DNA from: Candidatus Thorarchaeota archaeon
Lineage (GTDB): Archaea; Asgardarchaeota; Thorarchaeia; Thorarchaeales; Thorarchaeaceae
Assembly (NCBI GenBank): GCA_003345595.1
Contig: PRDI01000074.1
Coordinates: 1 to 16,025, forward strand
Direction of reading: 5' to 3'
Length of the DNA: 16,025 nt
Part shown: positions 9,375-15,276 of the stretch, in pieces
Position numbering within the stretch: position 1 is the first letter of the stretch
How the letters are laid out: every line of letters starts with the position of its first letter
Position numbers and translations under genes: made by a program
Notes under the pieces: generated by a model
What the model saw: only the letters and a program-made list of their open reading frames with translations
What the model was told of the DNA's origin: nothing
Databases searched by the model: none

Positions 9375-10490
9375 ATGGGTCGACGGATAAAGAAGGGTCA
9401 AGCAGGATCCTCTTGCATAGGAGAACTTCCTCTTGGGTGCAGGCTGTGCGGGAGAGGCTCGAAGATGGTCCTCTTTGTCACTGGCCTTTGTGACAGCTCG
9501 TGCTACTACTGCCCGCTGTCCCTAGAGAAGACAGGCAAGGACGTGACGTTCGCTGACGAGGTGCCTGTGACCAATGATGAAGATGTTCTCCATGAAGTCG
9601 AAGTCATTGGCGCAGAAGGGTCCGGTTTCAGCGGGGGCGACCCGCTCTGTCAGCTTGATCGGACAGTTCACTACATCTCGTTACTCAAGTCTGCCCGTGG
9701 AAACGACTTCCATATCCATCTCTACACGAGTAGAACGGATCTGAGCGCCAGAGTCCTGCGGAGGCTCAAAGAGGCAGGCTTGGATGAGATCAGGTTTCAT
9801 CCTCAGACACAGGACTGGACGGGTATTGCGCGGGCTGTACGGACTGGCATGCAAGTAGGTCTAGAGGTGCCTGTCATTCCAGGCTCCTCACAGCAGCTGA
9901 AGGCGTTGGCTGAACGTGCCGAACGCACTGGTGCGCGCTTTCTCAATCTGAACGAACTGGAAGCCAGTGAAACAAACTTCCAACGGTTGGCGGTTCTGGG
10001 CATGCGACTGACAAGCATGGCTGAATCGAGTATCATGGGCAGTGAAGACACCGCACTGGAGGTGATGGCATGGGCTACAGAGAATCTGGGCCAGCTATCA
10101 GTCCACTACTGTACTGCGAGTTTCAAGGACGGAGTGCAGTTACGCAATCGTCTTTACAGGAGGCTGAAGCACACCCGACGCCCCTTCGAAGAGAAAGATG
10201 ATACGGATCCCCTGCTCATCTTGGGTGTCATAAGAGGACCACACGGTCATCGCTTAGACGTCCCTACACTCGAGTCCATCCGGCAGACTCTGAAATCTGA
10301 GTTCGATGTGCCACCGAGGCTGATGAACCTAGACCAGTCTAGGATGCGGATTGAGATTGCACCCTGGATTCTACAGGAGATCGCGCACGGCCTTGGCCGG
10401 AAGTTCAGGGGCACCTACAAGGTCGAGATGGGAATCGCCCGTGAGTACCCATCCTGGGACAGACTGCAGACGCTCTTCGAACCACTATGA
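9375..10490 (+). CDS. Radical SAM protein (COG2108-like, uncharacterised archaeal family)
   Basis: GCRLC, LFVTGLCDSSCYYCP (CX3CX2C), SGGDP, HIHLYT, GLDEIRFH, NLNELE. Confidence 0.88.
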   Translation: MGRRIKKGQAGSSCIGELPLGCRLCGRGSKMVLFVTGLCDSSCYYCPLSLEKTGKDVTFADEVPVTNDEDVLHEVEVIGAEGSGFSGGDPLCQLDRTVHYISLLKSARGNDFHIHLYTSRTDLSARVLRRLKEAGLDEIRFHPQTQDWTGIARAVRTGMQVGLEVPVIPGSSQQLKALAERAERTGARFLNLNELEASETNFQRLAVLGMRLTSMAESSIMGSEDTALEVMAWATENLGQLSVHYCTASFKDGVQLRNRLYRRLKHTRRPFEEKDDTDPLLILGVIRGPHGHRLDVPTLESIRQTLKSEFDVPPRLMNLDQSRMRIEIAPWILQEIAHGLGRKFRGTYKVEMGIAREYPSWDRLQTLFEPL

Positions 10491-11594
10491 CCGATCAATC
10501 ACGAACCGGAGAATCGCCGCTATTCCTCCCAAATGCTGAAGCTGGTCACCGGCCGGGTGATCTGTGGAAACAATATGGAATACGGCACGAGTCTTCTCGG
10601 AGTCATGTATTAGATTGTCTGTCCAGCGACGCTGCTGCTCCGTTCCCTCTCTGAGCCTCTTATCAGTTATGAGAAGACTCTCAATGGCACCATACTGTGC
10701 TGCACGTGCAACTTCTGCTTCGCCATAGGCTGCTAGCCCATCACCCTTTGCCAAGTGGGCAATCAAGTCCTCAACTAGTCTTGTTTCGGTTTCGATTTTC
10801 AGCTCTGCCATTGACGTGGAGATGACTCCCTTGTACAGGATTTCCTTTGCCGCCGGTATACCAATCGAGTTTGTGCTCTCCAATACGAGTGGTGGGAGGT
10901 TCTTCATGCCGGATGTCGAAATGTACTCCTTGAAATGGTCCTTGACAAACCCCGGGCCGGCGACTATCACGAGACCGATCTGATTCTGTTCGAGTTGGGA
11001 CTGAAGCGCAGTGGCAACCTCCGCGTAGAACTCTTTCATGGTGGCATCATGCGTCTTCTGGTCGCCGCGTTTGCGTGATATGCTGCTACGGACACTCACC
11101 GCTTCTCGGATCCCATAGTCCGCAACGAGAATGAGGTCGGCTGCACCGTCCTCGATGCTCACCACAATACAGACAGGGTTGGCCTGTTTCTTCTCTGCCT
11201 CATCAATTCGTTTCAGCAGATAGTCAGGCCAATGCTCCTTTATGATGGTCAGCGTGTCACCCATCTCAATGTTGAACGTGTGATGAGAACCAATGCTCAC
11301 AAGTTCACTGGGGCCCTCAAGGATTGTCCCCTTTATTCTAACCCTGTTTGTGAAAGTGTGGAATGCAGCATCCTCCACGCGTAGGACCAGTGTCATGGGT
11401 TTCCGGACGCTCTCCTGCTTCCTATCGTCTTCATCGCCGACTTTCACACGTCTGATAGTCCGCGAGACGATGACATCGTTCGGTGCTACTATGTTATAGA
11501 GATGCCACAGGTCATCCAACGATTCGACCTTCAGCTCGATCTTGCCCTCCTTCAAGATCCTCTTCAGTACCTTCAACTTGCCATCCAACGTCAC
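10485..11594 (-). CDS. pelA: mRNA surveillance / ribosome rescue protein Pelota
   Basis: ESLDDLWHLYNIV, RVRIKG, GSHHT, AGPGFVK, AAYG..EV, QLQHLGGIAAILRF; no GGQ or NIKS, so not aRF1. Confidence 0.96.
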   Translation of the reverse strand: MTLDGKLKVLKRILKEGKIELKVESLDDLWHLYNIVAPNDVIVSRTIRRVKVGDEDDRKQESVRKPMTLVLRVEDAAFHTFTNRVRIKGTILEGPSELVSIGSHHTFNIEMGDTLTIIKEHWPDYLLKRIDEAEKKQANPVCIVVSIEDGAADLILVADYGIREAVSVRSSISRKRGDQKTHDATMKEFYAEVATALQSQLEQNQIGLVIVAGPGFVKDHFKEYISTSGMKNLPPLVLESTNSIGIPAAKEILYKGVISTSMAELKIETETRLVEDLIAHLAKGDGLAAYGEAEVARAAQYGAIESLLITDKRLREGTEQQRRWTDNLIHDSEKTRAVFHIVSTDHPAGDQLQHLGGIAAILRFVIDRS

Positions 11595-11603
11595 GGTCTT
11601 GTT

Positions 11604-13058
11604 TCAGAAGAAATAGCTTGTGTATTCGCTAGCGGGCGGGTTAGGGTTCCCAAGCCTTGCGGTCTGTGTGTTACCGGTATCGACCCCAGCCAGGACAGCT
11701 TCCGCCTCGCGAACGTGCACAGGCATGATGAGTTCGGCTCGGTCCCGGACTGCAAAGTCTCCAGCTACTCTGATCAGTCCTCCCAGTTCTCGCATCCTCA
11801 GTGTCAAGGCTTCTCTCTGTCCGTCTAGTCTGTAGGCTATGTCTTCAGAGACCTTCAGGACCGATTGCACTGATTCGGCAGTCAGGTGGGGTATCCGGCC
11901 GTCTTCTTGCACAGTCTGTGCTATGAAGCGAACCATCCTGTCGATGTTCTCAGGAGTCTTGGGGGTATATGATGAGAGCATCACTTCGTAACCGTAGCCT
12001 CTAATCCGTGAACGAAGCGCTGGGAGAATCTGAGGGAGGTCCTCCGGGTTGCATGAGGCAAAGAGGAGGAAATCGCAGGGCACATTGTCAACTCGCACTG
12101 CCGCACCAGAACTCTGTGGGTTGTGTCCCGATATAGAGTACTTTCTCTCCTGCATCGCCGTGAGTAGGTGTTTCTGATATGGTCCAAGAGACGCAATCTC
12201 GTCAAGGTAGAGAATGCCTTCATGTGCTTCGTGAATGGCTCCGGGCACCACTCTCATGTGTGCAGGCATACCCAATGACTCTGCACTACCGTAAGGGTCG
12301 TGCTTGACATCTCCCAACAACTCCACTGGGCTTGTCCCACTGGCTCTGACAAAGCGAGACGAGTTTCGTGCGACTAGGATGTAGTCTCTCTTGTCGTCAG
12401 CTGCAACTACTGATTGACTGTCCCCGTTTCTCTCCCTTAGAACCATTATAGAGTCCCTGTTGGTTCTCCGGTATTCTACTTGGCATATGGTATCATCAAT
12501 GTTCTCAGTACACTTCACGGACGTCAGGGCACGTTCACCGACGACATCGAGAATCTGAAACAGCCCATGATACGCGTTCTCGGCTGGCCAATCGCATCGT
12601 TTAGGGCTGCCGCAGTCCATACACACGCTTTGGCTTGGTGTCGAGAAGTTCCCGCATCTTGAGCATCTGTATCCCATCTTTATCGCAATCTCAAAGGGCA
12701 CTTCTTCCGGGCGGACGTATCGTGTGTCGAAAGACTGACCCGATTCGGCAGAATCCATGTTGGCACAATCAACCTTGATTACGATGACACATGGTCTGTC
12801 AGGCTGGAGTGAGTTGGGTCTGAGCCGTATCTCCTCTCTGGGGACTGAGAGAAGCGTGTAGGCTGCCTGTGCAAGCATCGATTTTCCGATTCCCGGCACT
12901 CCACAGAGCAGAATGTGTCTTCTCTGAGTGACGGCGGAACGAATGAGCGAAACGGCATGTTCTTGGCCGATTATGCGTTCAAATGGGTCTCTGGGAACGG
13001 GTATCTCCGCTGTCGTTTCGATGGTGTCTAAGACGGAAGTCACGCCAGACGGCCTCAT
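11604..13058 (-). CDS. LonB-type AAA+ ATPase lacking the Lon protease domain, with a zinc-ribbon insert
   Basis: IIGQEHA, Walker A GVPGIGKS, LLGDVKHDP, PGAIHEAHEGILYLDE (Walker B), PALRSRIRGYGYEV, LTLRMRELGGLIR; the protein ends ~30 aa after the AAA helical subdomain. Confidence 0.88.
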   Translation of the reverse strand: MRPSGVTSVLDTIETTAEIPVPRDPFERIIGQEHAVSLIRSAVTQRRHILLCGVPGIGKSMLAQAAYTLLSVPREEIRLRPNSLQPDRPCVIVIKVDCANMDSAESGQSFDTRYVRPEEVPFEIAIKMGYRCSRCGNFSTPSQSVCMDCGSPKRCDWPAENAYHGLFQILDVVGERALTSVKCTENIDDTICQVEYRRTNRDSIMVLRERNGDSQSVVAADDKRDYILVARNSSRFVRASGTSPVELLGDVKHDPYGSAESLGMPAHMRVVPGAIHEAHEGILYLDEIASLGPYQKHLLTAMQERKYSISGHNPQSSGAAVRVDNVPCDFLLFASCNPEDLPQILPALRSRIRGYGYEVMLSSYTPKTPENIDRMVRFIAQTVQEDGRIPHLTAESVQSVLKVSEDIAYRLDGQREALTLRMRELGGLIRVAGDFAVRDRAELIMPVHVREAEAVLAGVDTGNTQTARLGNPNPPASEYTSYFF

Positions 13059-13168
13059 ACCTCTTGCTGTGGTGCCTTCCTGCTTGAAAGAGATAACACC
13101 GTGTAATACTGACGACCTTTGACTCCGAATTCCTCTTTGTCTGGCCGTTGGACAACAGGAATGTATCT

Positions 13169-14521
13169 TCAGTGTCCAAGGTCATCGAACGTGACGATCT
13201 GCAGGGTTGGCGGCTTGGTCTCGATGTCTGCAACGGCAGCTCCGACTATGAGACGGGTCTGTTTCGTAGCGGCCATGTCGATGAGGCGCTGAGTGATGAC
13301 CCCATCAAAGACTATCGTATCAACGGTCTGCTGAGCCTCAAGAGTCCTTGCAAGGTCTGCTACGCCACACTCTACTAGGACCTGCTTGTCCTTGCCAAAG
13401 AGCACAGCTCTGAAGGACTCCCTGATCTCTGGTATCTTTGCCAGATAGGCTTCATCGACCTGCGGAACTACCTTACGGATTGTTCTGACAGTCCTAGGTG
13501 GTGCTTTCACCGAGCTCGTGAGTGGTTCTCCGACTCTCGCTTCCACGCGACGGTCTGGCCCAGGTCTCGGCATTTCCTCTCTCCTTGGCCGGGTGATTCT
13601 TCGTGGTGGTCCCCTTCTGGGGGCCTGAGCGGCCTTTCCCTCAGTCACGAGCGCGAGTGCTTGATCCGCAGGGATCCTAGTCTGAAGAGCCTTCAGGATT
13701 TCAGGTCGTGCTAGGTTCTCCACTTCCTTTCCTTCTGGCGCACGTGCGATGTAGTCTATCTTGGCCACCTGCATCAGTTCTCTCAAGATGAGGTCACCAC
13801 CACGGTCCCCGTCGAGGAAGGCCACAATGGTCTTTCCCTTCCGCCTTGTGAGGTCCGACACCGATCTCGGGACATGTGTGCCCTCTACGGCAACAGTGTT
13901 CTCAATGCCACTCTTCATGAGATTGATGACATCAGCTCGTCCTTCGACGATGATTATCTCATCGCTGTTTTCCAGCTCAGGACCTGCGGGAAGATTATCT
14001 GGACCAAACTTCTCAACAGCCTTCTTCCTGACCCTTGTGACTTCGCCGGTGATTTCGTCTGAACCTGGAGCAATCTCCTCCTCCCAGCCTTTCAGGATAC
14101 TTATGGCCCTGCTGACGACCCTGCGACGCTTTGCGCCACGTATGTCCTCCAGCTTCTCAAGTGTGACCTTCGCTGTACACGGCCCTACTCTGTCCACTGT
14201 TTCAAGCGCGGCGGCTAGTATTGCTGTGGCAGTCTTGTTGAGAGAAACAGGAATCACTATCTCTCCCTTGCTGCTCCCTCCCTCAGACTTGACTGCTATC
14301 TGAATTCTTCCTATGCGTCCCGTGCGCTGAAGTTCACGAAGATCCAATTCCTCTCCCAAGAGTCCTTCCGTCTGCCCAAATATGGCCCCTACAACGTCTG
14401 GCTTGTCCACGACTCCATCAATCTCAATTTTCGCCCTGATCACGTACTTGGCGCTGCTCTGATCAAAATCAGTTCCTATACAAACACACTTCTCCTGTAA
14501 CCTACTGCCTAGTCCCCTCAT
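13169..14521 (-). CDS. dnaG: Archaeal DnaG (TOPRIM, exosome-associated); start codon uncertain
   Basis: KYVIRA, GVVDKPDVVGAIFGQTEGLLG, LRELQRTGRIGRI, VEGRADV, DGDRGG, FDGVITQRL. Confidence 0.96.
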   Translation of the reverse strand: MRGLGSRLQEKCVCIGTDFDQSSAKYVIRAKIEIDGVVDKPDVVGAIFGQTEGLLGEELDLRELQRTGRIGRIQIAVKSEGGSSKGEIVIPVSLNKTATAILAAALETVDRVGPCTAKVTLEKLEDIRGAKRRRVVSRAISILKGWEEEIAPGSDEITGEVTRVRKKAVEKFGPDNLPAGPELENSDEIIIVEGRADVINLMKSGIENTVAVEGTHVPRSVSDLTRRKGKTIVAFLDGDRGGDLILRELMQVAKIDYIARAPEGKEVENLARPEILKALQTRIPADQALALVTEGKAAQAPRRGPPRRITRPRREEMPRPGPDRRVEARVGEPLTSSVKAPPRTVRTIRKVVPQVDEAYLAKIPEIRESFRAVLFGKDKQVLVECGVADLARTLEAQQTVDTIVFDGVITQRLIDMAATKQTRLIVGAAVADIETKPPTLQIVTFDDLGH

Positions 14522-14810
14522 CCTGGCGAGTCCAGCGCTCTACTGACTAATCTCATCTGAGTTAGACGTCTTCCACGTTCTAGGACGTGTGACTTTCCCT
14601 GCCTGTGACTCCGATTCCTGCCAATTATGCTGTGAGTATGATGTGAATGGATGATGATTCCGTGATTGATAATGGTCCTATGACCAGTGTGGTGTTCTAT
14701 CACCGCCTGGGCTCGTTTCAGTACTGAGGGGCCTGAGGCGCATGTGATGTGATTATCTTATGATTTGCAGTTTTGGGCTGAGCTTTGCTCAGCACTGTAT
14801 GAGCATTTCG

Positions 14811-14833
14811 GAAACGTTGTATTTGAACGTGTC
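14811..14833. promoter_or_regulatory. Putative overlapping bidirectional BRE/TATA promoter (ncRNA on +, dnaG leader on -)
   Basis: + strand GAAACG-TTGTATTTG and - strand GACACG-TTCAAATAC resemble the AAAACG-TTTTTATTG element before rpoE'. Predicted starts (~14851 and ~14795) coincide with 5' ends of stems. Confidence 0.5.
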
Positions 14834-14850
14834 GTTGATGCATAGCATCT

Positions 14851-15174
14851 GCACAGTCCCAGTTCTACCAGTCGACAAGCCTAATAGCATACTTGGGCAA
14901 TACTGTCATGTTCAGCAGTGGTCATACACTGTCTGAACGTTGACCTGCCAAGCACCGTTTGGACGAGCCACAACGGACCCGGATGACGTGGATGTACATC
15001 CCAAGATGAGTTCGGGTCACCCCGGTTTCGTACATTGGCAGGTCGGTCGATGCCAGATGAACCCGGCACGAGGCAGCTCAGCTGAGCCAGACACGATGTC
15101 TGATGCCATGATTCTGGGGGTTTGTGTCTGGGGCACAGGCATCGGCCACTCATGTTTTCCTTGTCGGACTGTAC
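14851..15174 (+). ncRNA. Candidate large structured ncRNA with H/ACA-like modules and SSU rRNA-antisense elements (3' end may extend to ~15230)
   Basis: Closing stems 14853-14859/15166-15172 and 14873-14879/15160-15166; hairpins 14879-14898 and 14908-14940. Abutting 10-bp helices 14942-14951/15035-15044 and 15045-15054/15138-15147 are each preceded by ACA on the 3' side. Kink-turn-like UGA/GAUGA. Most non-Watson-Crick pairs are G-U on + but would be A-C on -. No credible ORF. Confidence 0.7.
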
Positions 15175-15229
15175 CGTAGTTTCAGGCTCGTACCGGATCT
15201 GCCCGTCCGTTTTCACGGCTTCTTGACAC

Positions 15230-15243
15230 GAACACTTTAAGAC
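15230..15243 (+). promoter_or_regulatory. Putative TATA box of map
   Basis: GAACACTTTAAGAC ~35 nt upstream of ATG 15277. Confidence 0.45.
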
Positions 15244-15276
15244 GCTACACTCTCGGACCACTCTTGGAGTTCACAA

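Noticed and set aside
14650-14737. Box C/D sRNA (ATGATGA at 14651, CTGA at 14724/14733)
   Set aside because: Spacing is too long, there are no clear D'/C' boxes, and the C-like word is part of the RTGR repeat tract.
15010-15218. Minus-strand orientation of the ncRNA, suggested by GNRA hairpins CCGU-GAAA-ACGG and CGGG-GUGA-CCCG
   Set aside because: Most imperfect pairs are G-U only on +, and the kink-turn, ACA boxes, antisense elements and promoter all fit +. One pair in the closing stem favours -, so it is not fully excluded.
14821-15240. RNase P RNA, SRP RNA, group I/II intron or cobalamin riboswitch as the identity of the structured region
   Set aside because: No GAGGAAAGUCC/ACAGAA P4 pair with P2/P3, no SRP helix-8 motif, group I R/S-like words in the wrong order, no domain V, and GACCUGCC lacks the rest of a B12 box.
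14881-15261. ORFs 14881..15261 (-) and 14940..15179 (+)
   Set aside because: No recognisable motifs, atypical composition, and they overlap a strongly base-paired region.
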